A DNA stretch of 64,000 nucleotides from Candidatus Pacearchaeota archaeon (lineage in GTDB: Archaea > Nanobdellota > Nanobdellia > Pacearchaeales > GW2011-AR1): assembly GCA_018304175.1 (NCBI GenBank), contig JAGVWT010000003.1, positions 1 to 64,000 on the forward strand, in the 5' to 3' direction. The position numbers were made by a program, and so were the translations under genes. The notes under the pieces were generated by a model. That model saw only the letters and a list, made by a program, of their open reading frames with translations, ran no database searches and had not been told where the DNA came from. Numbering within the stretch: position 1 is the stretch's first letter; each line of letters begins with the position of its first letter. Positions 7,298-16,703 of this stretch are shown piece by piece.

Positions 7298-8239
7298 CTA
7301 CTCAACTTTTTCCACGGTTTTTATATCTTTGAGTGCGTAGATTAAATCAGATACTTTTTTAGGCAATTCACTCATTGACAAAATTGAGTATTTTAAGTTC
7401 AATTCAGCGGCTTTTTTTGCTGCTTTTATTATTTCTTTTTCAGTGATTTTCTTTTTGTTAAAAGCCATAAGCAATTGTTCTTCACCATTATTTTTAACCT
7501 TAAGAACAATTTCATCTTTCCCAAGTCCTTCAATACTAGTAATTTCAATTGCCGATTTAGAAAGAAAGTCTTTAATTTTCTCAAGAAACTTATCATTTTG
7601 CTTGCTTTTTTTTGAGGTAGTTTTCTTTTTCAGAGTCTTTTCTTTTATTTTTTTTTCTGTTTTTGCTTTTGGTTCAGAAACTACAGAGGTTTTTTTGTCA
7701 AATATTTCTAGTGTTTTGGTTTTTTCTCTAATTTGTATTAATGGTTTTTTTGGTTTAGAGATTTCTTCTTCAGATATCATTGGTTTTTCGTTTATTGGTT
7801 CTTTTTTTATTTCAAAAGTAGAAATGCTTACAGTGAAGTATCTCCAGTAAATATCTCCTGACTCGTTAGGATATTTGAAAGGAACCGCAAAGTCTTTCAA
7901 TGAACGCAGAGCAACTCTTATAGCAGGTTCTTGTTCAGAATCTTTGAGAAATTTTTTTTCTTTTAGCAGAATGAATGCTTCTCTTTCTTTGCTTTTTAGA
8001 TATTCTGAAAATCTTTCTAGCATGAATTCTTGCCCTGGAATAAAATAAAGGGGAGAACTCCCAACTTTCATATTACTGACTTTTATTCTTTTTTCGTCTA
8101 CAAGTTCAGAAAGAAATGCAGAAGAGAAGAGAATATTCATACCAGTTTCTTTTGCAATGTGAACTGGAAGACGCGGCCCTTTCATTCTAAAAATTCCAAT
8201 GATTTTTTCTTTTAATTCAGAAGTGTTCTGAGCAGGCAT
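7298..8239 (-). CDS. Hypothetical protein with N-terminal winged-helix-like region and Lys-rich linker
   Basis: Long ORF with coding bias; GPRLPVHIAK...LSELVDEKRIKVS resembles a wHTH; function unknown. Confidence 0.7.
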   Translation of the reverse strand: MPAQNTSELKEKIIGIFRMKGPRLPVHIAKETGMNILFSSAFLSELVDEKRIKVSNMKVGSSPLYFIPGQEFMLERFSEYLKSKEREAFILLKEKKFLKDSEQEPAIRVALRSLKDFAVPFKYPNESGDIYWRYFTVSISTFEIKKEPINEKPMISEEEISKPKKPLIQIREKTKTLEIFDKKTSVVSEPKAKTEKKIKEKTLKKKTTSKKSKQNDKFLEKIKDFLSKSAIEITSIEGLGKDEIVLKVKNNGEEQLLMAFNKKKITEKEIIKAAKKAAELNLKYSILSMSELPKKVSDLIYALKDIKTVEKVE

Positions 8240-8280
8240 AGACTAAATACGCAGGTAAAGGTTATAAATTTTCTTGTGAT

Positions 8281-8799
8281 TTATGGCTTCAGCCACCTGA
8301 CTTCGTAATAAGTTATGTCGCCTTCATCGTCGACAATTGCTAAAAGAAGGTTTTTTTTCGTGCTGTGTGCCACACGACTCTTTGCAGAAAACTCGTGCCA
8401 TGATGTTTTATTTGATTCGTAGTCTGTAAAGACAATCCATTTCGCGTGTTCTTCTCCGGGTTTTTTCCCTTTTTCATAGACGCGGAATTCAGCGCCGAAT
8501 TTCAACGCTGTTTTTACAATATAACCTTTATTTCTTAAATCCCTAAATACAGAATATTTAACCTGAATTTTCTTATCATATTTTTGCAGTTTTCTCATCA
8601 AATCTTTTTCTGAAATTTCTCTATTTCCTGAAAAAACCGACATTTTATTTTTTTCAACTAGAAATAATGCTTCTGGGAATGAATATCTTATTTTACCATC
8701 TTTATTCTCTCCAAGGTGGCTTTTTTTCCATAAACTATATGCTTCTGATGAGTTGCTTGAGATTACTTCTCTGAGAAGGTATGATTGGATCTTTTCCAT
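8281..8799 (-). CDS. endA: tRNA-intron endonuclease, single-domain (alpha4-type)
   Basis: VFRDLRNKGYIVKTALKFGAEFRVY, H and K catalytic positions (EEHAKW, KSRVAHSTKK), DITYY; 172 aa. Confidence 0.92.
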   Translation of the reverse strand: MEKIQSYLLREVISSNSSEAYSLWKKSHLGENKDGKIRYSFPEALFLVEKNKMSVFSGNREISEKDLMRKLQKYDKKIQVKYSVFRDLRNKGYIVKTALKFGAEFRVYEKGKKPGEEHAKWIVFTDYESNKTSWHEFSAKSRVAHSTKKNLLLAIVDDEGDITYYEVRWLKP

Positions 8800-8820
8800 A
8801 ATTTTAAAAAAGAAGAGGAA

Positions 8821-8830
8821 TATTTAAAAA
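8821..8830. promoter_or_regulatory. Bidirectional TATA element for endA and the leu leader
   Basis: TATTTAAAAA reads TTTAAAAA (+) and TTTAAATA (-); ATGs at 8852 and 8799 each lie 22 nt from the respective box. Confidence 0.6.
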
Positions 8831-8851
8831 TATGCATTTCTTTAATATTTT

Positions 8852-8914
8852 ATGGAAGCTAGAAGAAAAATTATTTCTGGAGAAAATTCTCTAGCTTTGC
8901 TTCTGTTACTATAA
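8852..8914 (+). CDS. Putative leucine leader peptide MEARRKIISGENSLALLLLL
   Basis: Ends CTA GCT TTG CTT CTG TTA CTA TAA; ATG at the expected TSS; immediately upstream of leuA-leuS. Confidence 0.8.
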   Translation: MEARRKIISGENSLALLLLL

Positions 8915-8945
8915 GATCAATCATTGATTGGTCTTGATACATTTT
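8910..8945 (+). terminator. Putative attenuator hairpin overlapping the leader stop codon
   Basis: aagatcaatc(8913-8922)/gattggtctt(8926-8935) 10-bp stem with 1 GU, extendable by tat/ata over a bulge; followed by CATTTT. Confidence 0.55.
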
Positions 8946-8963
8946 AAACTACTAAAGGTTTCT

Positions 8964-10145
8964 ATGACATACATTAAAATTTTTGATACAACATTAAGGG
9001 ATGGAGAACAAAGTCCTGGAGTCAATCTTTCTAAAGATGAAAAATTAAAAATAGCGAAGCAGCTTGAAAAACTTGGTGTTGATATAATTGAAGCAGGATT
9101 CCCAGTTAGTTCTGAGGAAGATTTTGAAGCAGTAAAACAAATTGCGAAAGAGATAAAAGGACCTATTATTTGTGGATTAGCTCGAGCAGTTAAAGAAGAT
9201 ATTGATATTTGTTGGGAAGCTATTAAATATTCTAAAAAGCCAAGGATTCACACATTTATTGCAACGAGCAAAATTCACATGGATGAGAAACTTAAGAGGT
9301 CACCTCAAGAGGTAATTGAATTAGTTCGAGAAATGGTTGCTTATGCTAAATCACTTTGTAATGATGTTGAATTTTCTTTAGAAGATGCATCAAGAACAGA
9401 GCGAGACTTTATGTGCAAGATAATTCGCGTCGCAATAGAATTTGGTGCAACGACAATAAATATTCCTGATACTGTGGGATATTCTCAACCAGATGAATTT
9501 AAAGATACAATAAAATACATCTTTGATAATCTTGGAGATATAATTTCAAAGAATAAAGTTACGATAAGTTGCCATTGCCATAATGATTTGGGAAATGCAG
9601 TGGCTAATTCTCTTGCAGCGATTAAAGCAGGAGTAACGCAAGTTGAATGCACAATTAATGGTATAGGAGAAAGGGCAGGAAATGCTTCATTGGAAGAGAT
9701 TGTTATGAATTTAATAACAAGAAAGAGCTATTTTAATGTTGAGACCTGTATTGATATATCAAAAATTTTTGAAACATCAAGGATGGTAAGTGACATTGCC
9801 GGAATGGTTGTACAACCAAATAAAGCGATAGTCGGCAAAAATGCTTTTTCGCATGAGTCTGGAATTCATCAAGATGGCATCATAAAAAATCGTTTGACTT
9901 ATGAGATAATAAATCCTAAGGATGTTGGTTGGGTTGGGGAGAGTATTGTTATAGGAAGGCATTCCGGAAAAAGGGCTGTTTCAGAGTTTTTGTCTAAGTC
10001 AGGTTATAATTTTTGCGATGAAGATATTGTGAAAATAACAAGCTCTATTAAAGGTCTGGTCGATAAAAACATAGTTTCTAAGGAAGACATAATTGGAATT
10101 GCCAATAAATTAAAATTGAATGAATCCAAAACAAAACTAATTTAA
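8964..10145 (+). CDS. leuA: 2-isopropylmalate synthase (DRE-TIM), lacking the C-terminal regulatory domain
   Basis: [47 protein letters not shown]; about 393 aa. Confidence 0.85.
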   Translation: MTYIKIFDTTLRDGEQSPGVNLSKDEKLKIAKQLEKLGVDIIEAGFPVSSEEDFEAVKQIAKEIKGPIICGLARAVKEDIDICWEAIKYSKKPRIHTFIATSKIHMDEKLKRSPQEVIELVREMVAYAKSLCNDVEFSLEDASRTERDFMCKIIRVAIEFGATTINIPDTVGYSQPDEFKDTIKYIFDNLGDIISKNKVTISCHCHNDLGNAVANSLAAIKAGVTQVECTINGIGERAGNASLEEIVMNLITRKSYFNVETCIDISKIFETSRMVSDIAGMVVQPNKAIVGKNAFSHESGIHQDGIIKNRLTYEIINPKDVGWVGESIVIGRHSGKRAVSEFLSKSGYNFCDEDIVKITSSIKGLVDKNIVSKEDIIGIANKLKLNESKTKLI

Positions 10146-10168
10146 ATAATCTATCAATTCTTTATACT

Positions 10169-12619
10169 ATGTCTTATAATTTTAAGAAACTTGAAGCGAA
10201 GTGGCAGCGAAAGTGGGAAAGTAAAAAGATTTTTGAAGTTAAGGAAGATGGAAAAAAGGGAAAATTTTATGTTCTAGAGATGTACCCTTATCCATCTGCC
10301 TCTGGATTGCATATGGGTCATGCATTTAACTATACTATTGGGGATATTCTTGCAAGATTCAAGAGGATGCGTGGATTAAATGTTTTGCATCCAACGGGCT
10401 TTGATTCATTTGGATTGCCAGCAGAAAATGCAGCAATAAAAAATAAGTCTCATCCAAAAATATTTACTGATAAGGCAATTAAAAACTACATAAAGCAGAT
10501 GAAGATGCTTGGATTAAGCTACGACTGGAAAAGAATGCTTATGAGCCATGATCCAGAATATTACAAGTGGAACCAATGGATTTTTTTGAAAATGTTTGAA
10601 CGCGGTTTGGTGTATAGAAAAAAGGCGCCTGTAAATTTCTGCCCAAAATGTGATACTGTTCTAGCAAACGAGCAGGTGCATAATGGCAAGTGTTGGCGTC
10701 ATCAAGATACAGATGTTGTAATAAAAAATCTTGAGCAGTGGTTCATAAAAACAACAAAATATTCAGAGGAACTCCTGAACAAGGTTGACTCATTGGATTG
10801 GCCTGAGAGAATAAAAATCATGCAAAAAAACTGGATTGGAAAGAGTCAAGGAGTTGAGATTGAGTTTGAAATAAATAAAGAGAAATGGAAAATTTTCACG
10901 ACTCGTCCAGATACTTTATTTGGAATTACATTCATGGTTGTAAGTGCGCAACATTCTAAATTAATGGACTTGGTTACGAAAGAACAAAAAAATGAAGTTG
11001 AAAAGTTCTTGGAAAAAATAAAATCAACTAGAGAAAAAGACATTGATGTTTTGGAGAAGGAAGGAGTTTTTACAGGTTCTTATGCTTTACATCCTATAAC
11101 AAAGGAAAAAATCCCAGTTTATGCAGGAAATTTTGTCGTTGCTGATTATGGTTTTGGCATGGTTATGGCTGTTCCTGCGCATGACCAAAGAGACTTTGAT
11201 TTTGCTAAGAAATACAAGTTGCCTATCAAAGAAGTTATTTCTGGAGGAAACGTTAAAAAAGAAGCTTACGTTGGTTTTGGTAAGCTAATAAATTCTAGTG
11301 ATTTCAACGGCTTGACAAGTGATGAATCAAAAGAGCATATTACTAAAACACTTGAATTCAAAAAACTTGGGAGAAGAGTCATACAATACAAATTCCGTGA
11401 TTGGCTTGTTTCTCGTCAGCGTTACTGGGGAACTCCTATTCCAATAATTTATTGCAATAAATGCGGAATTCAAGGTGTTAAAGAAAAAGATTTACCTGTT
11501 AAATTGCCTGAAAAAGTAAAGTTTGGAAAAGGAAATCCCCTGGAAACAAACAAAAAATTCTTTGAGATTAAATGTCCAAAATGCAAAGGCAAGGCACGAA
11601 GAGAAACAGATACTATGGACACTTTTTTTGATTCTTCGTGGTATTACCTAAGGTTTTGTGATTCAAAAAACAAAAAAGAAATTTTTGACAAGAAGAAAAT
11701 CAAATATTGGATGCCTGTTAATTTTTATACAGGAGGGGCAGAGCATGCGTGTATGCACCTGATTTATGCAAGATTTTTCACGAAATTTTTGAGAGATATA
11801 AAACTTTTAGATTTTGATGAGCCTTTTACAAAATTGTTTAATCAAGGAATGGTTCACGGAGAAGACAAATTTGTTATGTCTAAAAGCAGGGGCAATATTG
11901 TAGACCCAACAATTGTTATTAATAAATATGGGGCAGATATCTTAAGATTTTTTTTGGTTAGTACAGGTAGTCCTGATAAAGATTTTATTTGGAGCGAAAA
12001 TGGAATTGATGGAAGTTATAAGTTCGTTAATAAATTATTAGGTTATTTCTTCAAACCGAAATTTGAGAAATCTGATGAAAAAGTTCAAAGCAAAATTAAT
12101 AAAACAGTAAAAGAGGTATCTGCAGATATAGAAAATTTAAAGTACAATTTGGCTATTATAAAGATTAGAAATTTGCTTGATTATTTACAAGGTAAAAAAG
12201 TTGGGAAGAAAGAGTTAGAAATTTATATTAAATTAATTTCTCCATTTGCTCCACATATTGCAGAAGAACTCTGGGAAAGGCTTGGAAACAAGAAATTTAT
12301 TTCCCTTGAAAAATGGCCTGAAGTTGATGAAAGTAAAATAAATGAAAAATTTGAAAAAGAAGAGGAAATTATTGAGAAAACTATAGAAGACATAAATAAT
12401 GTTGTTAAAATTATCAAAGATAAAGGCAAAAACGTTAATAAAATATATTTGTATTCGGTACCAAATGAATTTAATATTTATGTAGATAATTTAACTGAAA
12501 TTGAAAAAAGGACAGGGCTTAGTGCTAAGATTTTTGTAGTTAACGATAAAAGCAAACACGACCCTGAGAACAAATCATCTAAAGCAAAACCAGGAAAACC
12601 GGGAATCTATCTTGAATAG
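10169..12619 (+). CDS. leuS: Leucine--tRNA ligase (bacterial-type core, archaeal-type C-terminus)
   Basis: YPYPS.SGLHMGH, FDSFGLPAENAA, TTRPDTLFG editing domain, DWLVSRQRYWG, VMSKS; C-terminal KAKPGKPGIYLE. Confidence 0.96.
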   Translation: MSYNFKKLEAKWQRKWESKKIFEVKEDGKKGKFYVLEMYPYPSASGLHMGHAFNYTIGDILARFKRMRGLNVLHPTGFDSFGLPAENAAIKNKSHPKIFTDKAIKNYIKQMKMLGLSYDWKRMLMSHDPEYYKWNQWIFLKMFERGLVYRKKAPVNFCPKCDTVLANEQVHNGKCWRHQDTDVVIKNLEQWFIKTTKYSEELLNKVDSLDWPERIKIMQKNWIGKSQGVEIEFEINKEKWKIFTTRPDTLFGITFMVVSAQHSKLMDLVTKEQKNEVEKFLEKIKSTREKDIDVLEKEGVFTGSYALHPITKEKIPVYAGNFVVADYGFGMVMAVPAHDQRDFDFAKKYKLPIKEVISGGNVKKEAYVGFGKLINSSDFNGLTSDESKEHITKTLEFKKLGRRVIQYKFRDWLVSRQRYWGTPIPIIYCNKCGIQGVKEKDLPVKLPEKVKFGKGNPLETNKKFFEIKCPKCKGKARRETDTMDTFFDSSWYYLRFCDSKNKKEIFDKKKIKYWMPVNFYTGGAEHACMHLIYARFFTKFLRDIKLLDFDEPFTKLFNQGMVHGEDKFVMSKSRGNIVDPTIVINKYGADILRFFLVSTGSPDKDFIWSENGIDGSYKFVNKLLGYFFKPKFEKSDEKVQSKINKTVKEVSADIENLKYNLAIIKIRNLLDYLQGKKVGKKELEIYIKLISPFAPHIAEELWERLGNKKFISLEKWPEVDESKINEKFEKEEEIIEKTIEDINNVVKIIKDKGKNVNKIYLYSVPNEFNIYVDNLTEIEKRTGLSAKIFVVNDKSKHDPENKSSKAKPGKPGIYLE

Positions 12620-12655
12620 GGTTAATTTTTTATAATACATTTCATCATATTAGTT

Positions 12656-13696
12656 ATGGGTTATGGAAAAGAGCTGATTATTTTCTTTGTTTTTGTAGCT
12701 GTAATCTCAATTATTCTTGTATTTTTTTATTTTTCAGACAATTTTTTTGGTGATGAAGAAACAATTCCGACTTGTGGTGATGGGACCTTTTATGACAAAT
12801 GCTCTTTGGATGAGCCGTATTACTGCGTTAACGGAAAACTTGTAGAAAAATCATCTGTATGTGGATGTCCTGAAGGATTGGTAAAGTCAAATGATGGGTG
12901 TATTTCTGAATTGAATCAGAATCCAAGAACAGCCACTTTGAATTATGTTTTGAGAGGTGAAGAAAAAAGCTTTAATCTTGTTGCTTACGACGACGCGGAA
13001 AGGTATTTTTCAGAACTTTCTAGGAGCATTACATACGAAGATGGAGAGATTCCTTTTAGGGAAGATTTCAAATTAAAAAAAATAAATGAAGAGGAGCAGA
13101 GGCATTTGCTTTTGCCTATAGTGAAGCAAATCCAAAATCTTGCAAATGACAAAGACGACCAAGTGAGAATTGCCATTAGCGTTGTGCAAAATATTCCTTG
13201 GGGAATCTCAGACAAAAAAGTACAATTTGGAAATAACCAACTTGATTATTCAAGATACCCATATGAAGTGTTTTATGGTTCGGAAGGAAGCTGTGGCGAA
13301 AAATCAGAGCTTTTGGCGTTTTTGCTAAAGGAGTTAGGTTTTGAAGTTGTTATATTTTACAACCAGCAGGAAAATCACGAATCTGTTGGAATAAAATGTG
13401 CCTCTCAAGAAACATGGCATAGTTCTGGATATTGTTTTGTGGAAACTTCTGGACCGTCTATAATAACAGATAACACTTTGGTTTATGACAACGGCGTTAT
13501 TTTGAGTTCACAGCCAGATATTCTTTTGATTTCTTCAGGTTTGTTTTTGAAAGAAGATTTGTATGAATATGAAGATTCAAAAGAACTTGAAGGGATAAGA
13601 AAAAGAATGGCAACCGGAAAATTGAATTTTTATGATGAGTGGAAATACAACAATCTCAGAGAAAAATACGGTTTGGACGGCGTGTATAATTTGTAG
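12656..13696 (+). CDS. Membrane-anchored Cys-rich protein with transglutaminase-like domain
   Basis: N-terminal TM helix, CxDGT..C..C module, GSCGEKSELLAFLL and HESVG resembling the Cys/His catalytic pair. Confidence 0.6.
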   Translation: MGYGKELIIFFVFVAVISIILVFFYFSDNFFGDEETIPTCGDGTFYDKCSLDEPYYCVNGKLVEKSSVCGCPEGLVKSNDGCISELNQNPRTATLNYVLRGEEKSFNLVAYDDAERYFSELSRSITYEDGEIPFREDFKLKKINEEEQRHLLLPIVKQIQNLANDKDDQVRIAISVVQNIPWGISDKKVQFGNNQLDYSRYPYEVFYGSEGSCGEKSELLAFLLKELGFEVVIFYNQQENHESVGIKCASQETWHSSGYCFVETSGPSIITDNTLVYDNGVILSSQPDILLISSGLFLKEDLYEYEDSKELEGIRKRMATGKLNFYDEWKYNNLREKYGLDGVYNL

Positions 13697-13731
13697 TGAT
13701 TGATTATATATAGCTTTATAAATAAAAATGA

Positions 13732-14133
13732 TTGTGTTTTAAAATGGGAGTAGTTGATGGTGACGGAAATGGATGGATAAGTGGTCCAAATGGACCTATT
13801 CAAGTTGAACGCAACGGAGAAATTACTAAAGAGGGAAGGTCTTATTTTTTTACATCATCAATGTCTTTTTTTAGGGATAATTACATGGAAAATAACCTTT
13901 TTCCGGAAACCATAGATAGATTGTTTGATTTATACAATCAGGCATGGAATTTTAAATTAGAAGGAAAAAGCAGAAAAAGTATTAGGTTAAAGCTCTTGGA
14001 AAGTGCAAGTTTAATTGATGAAATCTCTAACGGATTTTATACAAGAGTTAATAATGTTTCAAAACCAGATATTAAAAAACGTAAAGAATTTTTAATTTTC
14101 TCAGAAGAGAGGTTAAAATATTTATTGAAGTGA
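13732..14133 (+). CDS. Hypothetical protein
   Basis: Fills the intergenic gap, TATA upstream; no recognised motif. Confidence 0.6.
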   Translation: MCFKMGVVDGDGNGWISGPNGPIQVERNGEITKEGRSYFFTSSMSFFRDNYMENNLFPETIDRLFDLYNQAWNFKLEGKSRKSIRLKLLESASLIDEISNGFYTRVNNVSKPDIKKRKEFLIFSEERLKYLLK

Positions 14134-14141
14134 TTAAGGTT

Positions 14142-15884
14142 TCATCCCAAAACAGCTTTAATTCTTCTAACTCCTGCTGATGAAGATTCTTCTTTTGTTA
14201 TCTTGAATTTTCCTAATTCAGAAGTATTTTTGACATGCGGTCCTGTGCAAATTTCTTTTGAAAAATCCCCAACTGAATAAACTTTCACAATTTCAGGGTA
14301 TTTCTCTCTGAAGTAAGACAAAGCCCCTGTTTTAATTGCCTCTTTGTAAGGCATTTCTTTGTAAGTTACCTTATGATTCTTTTTTATCTCCCTGTTTACT
14401 AAATCTCCAATTTTTTTTATTTCCTCGTCTGTTAATTTTCTTGGAAAATTAAAATCAAATCTAAGCCTTTCAGGAGTTATGTTGCTTCCCATCTGCTGAA
14501 CCTCTGAACCAAGAATTAATTTCAGTGCTTTGTGAAGCATATGCGTCGCAGTGTGATATTTTGTGCTTTGCTTTGAATTATCAGATAAGCCCGCTACGAA
14601 TTTTCCTTTTGTCGCTGTTCGCGAAAGTTCTTGGTGTTTTTTGAGCTCTTCAAAAAAATCTTTTTTGTCAATTTTTATTTTTCTATTTTTTACTTCTTCT
14701 TCAATCAGTTCTATAGGAAAACCATAAGATTGATACAACAAAAAAGCTTCTTTCCCAGATAATTCTTTTTTGTTTTTTGTCAACTTTTCAAAAATTTTTA
14801 TTCCTTTTTCAATAGTTTCGTTGAATTTTTCTTCTTCTAATTTTAGCGTTTCTAATATCTTATTCTTATTTTTCTTTAGTTCTTTATAATCATTATATAT
14901 TTCAAAAACCGGTTCAGCGACTTTGTAAGCGAAGTTTTTTAGAGCTAAAAATTTTCCAAGCCTTACACATCTTCTAATTAAACGCCTGAGAACATACCCT
15001 TGTCCTGTATTGCTTGGCTGAATTCCATCAGCAATTATAAAAACACTTGCTTTTATGTGGTCAGCAATAATTCTCATTTTTTCTTTATGCTTTGTATAAT
15101 CTTTTTTTGAAAGTTTTTCAATTTCATTTATTATCGGCTTCCAGACTTCTGTCAAATAGTTGTCATCCAATCCATTTAACACTGCGAGAGTCCTTTCAAC
15201 ACCACCGCCGAAGTCAACATTTTTTTGTTTTGCTTCATTATAATTTCCTTTCTCATCTTTGGTGTACTGCATTAAAACATCATTTGCAATTTCAACCCAC
15301 CTTTTATCTTCAGGATTGAAATCTTTTGGTGGTTTTGCTTTTGAAGTCCAGTAAAATTGTTCTGTGTCAGGACCGCAAGGCCCTGCGTTTCCTGCAGGCC
15401 CCCACCAATTATCTTTTTTTGGGAGAAATTTTATTCTGCCTTTAGAAATTCCGAGTGATTCCCAAATTTTTGCAGATTCATCATCTTTTGGAGCATCTTC
15501 ATCTCCTGCAAAACAACTTACAGCATATTTTTCCAAAGGAATTTTCAGAATTTTTGTGTGAAAATCAAAAGTGTATTTTATTGCATCTTCTTTCCAATAA
15601 TCTCCCAAACTCCAATTCCCCAACATCTCAAAAAATGTGTGGTGTGTTTCATCTCCAACTTCATTAATGTCTGTTGTCCTTATGCATTTTTGGACATTAA
15701 CAAGACGTTTTCCAAGGGGATGTTTCTCTCCGAGAAGATATGGGACTAAAGGATGCATTCCTGCTGTCGTGAATAAAACAGTTGGGTCGTTTTCAGGAAT
15801 CAATGAAGCAGAAGGAATAACTTTATGCTTTTTCGATTCGAAAAATTTCAGATATTTTTCTATGAGTTCTTTGCGATTTATCAT
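14142..15884 (-). CDS. alaS: Alanine--tRNA ligase, C-terminally short (no C-Ala domain)
   Basis: FTTAGMHPL, QKCIRT, HHTFFEMLGNWS, HTATHMLH and CTGPHV editing motifs; ends SAGVRRIKAVLG. Confidence 0.95.
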   Translation of the reverse strand: MINRKELIEKYLKFFESKKHKVIPSASLIPENDPTVLFTTAGMHPLVPYLLGEKHPLGKRLVNVQKCIRTTDINEVGDETHHTFFEMLGNWSLGDYWKEDAIKYTFDFHTKILKIPLEKYAVSCFAGDEDAPKDDESAKIWESLGISKGRIKFLPKKDNWWGPAGNAGPCGPDTEQFYWTSKAKPPKDFNPEDKRWVEIANDVLMQYTKDEKGNYNEAKQKNVDFGGGVERTLAVLNGLDDNYLTEVWKPIINEIEKLSKKDYTKHKEKMRIIADHIKASVFIIADGIQPSNTGQGYVLRRLIRRCVRLGKFLALKNFAYKVAEPVFEIYNDYKELKKNKNKILETLKLEEEKFNETIEKGIKIFEKLTKNKKELSGKEAFLLYQSYGFPIELIEEEVKNRKIKIDKKDFFEELKKHQELSRTATKGKFVAGLSDNSKQSTKYHTATHMLHKALKLILGSEVQQMGSNITPERLRFDFNFPRKLTDEEIKKIGDLVNREIKKNHKVTYKEMPYKEAIKTGALSYFREKYPEIVKVYSVGDFSKEICTGPHVKNTSELGKFKITKEESSSAGVRRIKAVLG

Positions 15885-15908
15885 ACTTAAATTAAAACTT
15901 AGCTTTTT

Positions 15909-16289
15909 TTAAAGATTTGTCTCAACCCTAAAGTTTTCTTCATATATTATATATAATTTTAGAATTTTCTCATAAAATCCTTCCCGAGAAAATTGGTTTT
16001 TGTAACTGAAATGTGCTAAATTATCTCTTTCAAAATCTATCTTTTCCCTACGTTCATAAAGATTACATGGTAACAAGGTATCTATTTTTGTTGCAGTATC
16101 ATGCCGTGAATGCCCATCAATCAAAACATATGTGTGGTTGTATTCTTCTGGAAGTCTGAAAATCGGAACGCGAGGTATATTTTTCCAACCTTCCCTTTTG
16201 ATTACTAATTCTAAAGGTTCTTTATGTAATTTTAGACCTCCTGGAAACCATATTCCAATTTGTCTCGGATTTAATTCTATCTTTATCAT
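15909..16289 (-). CDS. ParB/Srx N-terminal-like domain protein
   Basis: VPI...YVLIDGHSR motif. Confidence 0.55.
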   Translation of the reverse strand: MIKIELNPRQIGIWFPGGLKLHKEPLELVIKREGWKNIPRVPIFRLPEEYNHTYVLIDGHSRHDTATKIDTLLPCNLYERREKIDFERDNLAHFSYKNQFSREGFYEKILKLYIIYEENFRVETNL

Positions 16290-16325
16290 AAAATAAAGTT
16301 TTGTGTGATATATATAAATATTTGT

Positions 16326-16703
16326 TTAGTATCTTTGTCGTCTTTCTAAAGAATTAAGCTTTTCCTGAATTTCATAAATCTGCCTTTCTATACTACTGTC
16401 AATTTTGCTCCTTCCTTCTATTTTGTCAAAATCAAAGGATTTTTTTCCAAATACTTTTGGAGTTTTGACCTGTGGAAAATTATCAATCATTCTTTTCATT
16501 ATTGACTTTGTTTCTTTAGACTTTCTGCTTAAAGAGGATTTTATTTTCAATTCATCTTTTCTCACGTACAAATAGTCTTTTATTTTTTTTGCCAGAATCA
16601 TAAGGCTTTTTTCTATTTCCAAGATATCCTTCACAGAATCAACTGCGTCATCGTATTCTAATCTCAAATGTATTACGCTTGAGCTTTCCGGATTTTTTTT
16701 CAT
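16326..16703 (-). CDS. Hypothetical coiled-coil protein
   Basis: Start placed at ATG 16703, which overlaps the upstream TGA (ATGA coupling). Confidence 0.7.
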   Translation of the reverse strand: MKKNPESSSVIHLRLEYDDAVDSVKDILEIEKSLMILAKKIKDYLYVRKDELKIKSSLSRKSKETKSIMKRMIDNFPQVKTPKVFGKKSFDFDKIEGRSKIDSSIERQIYEIQEKLNSLERRQRY

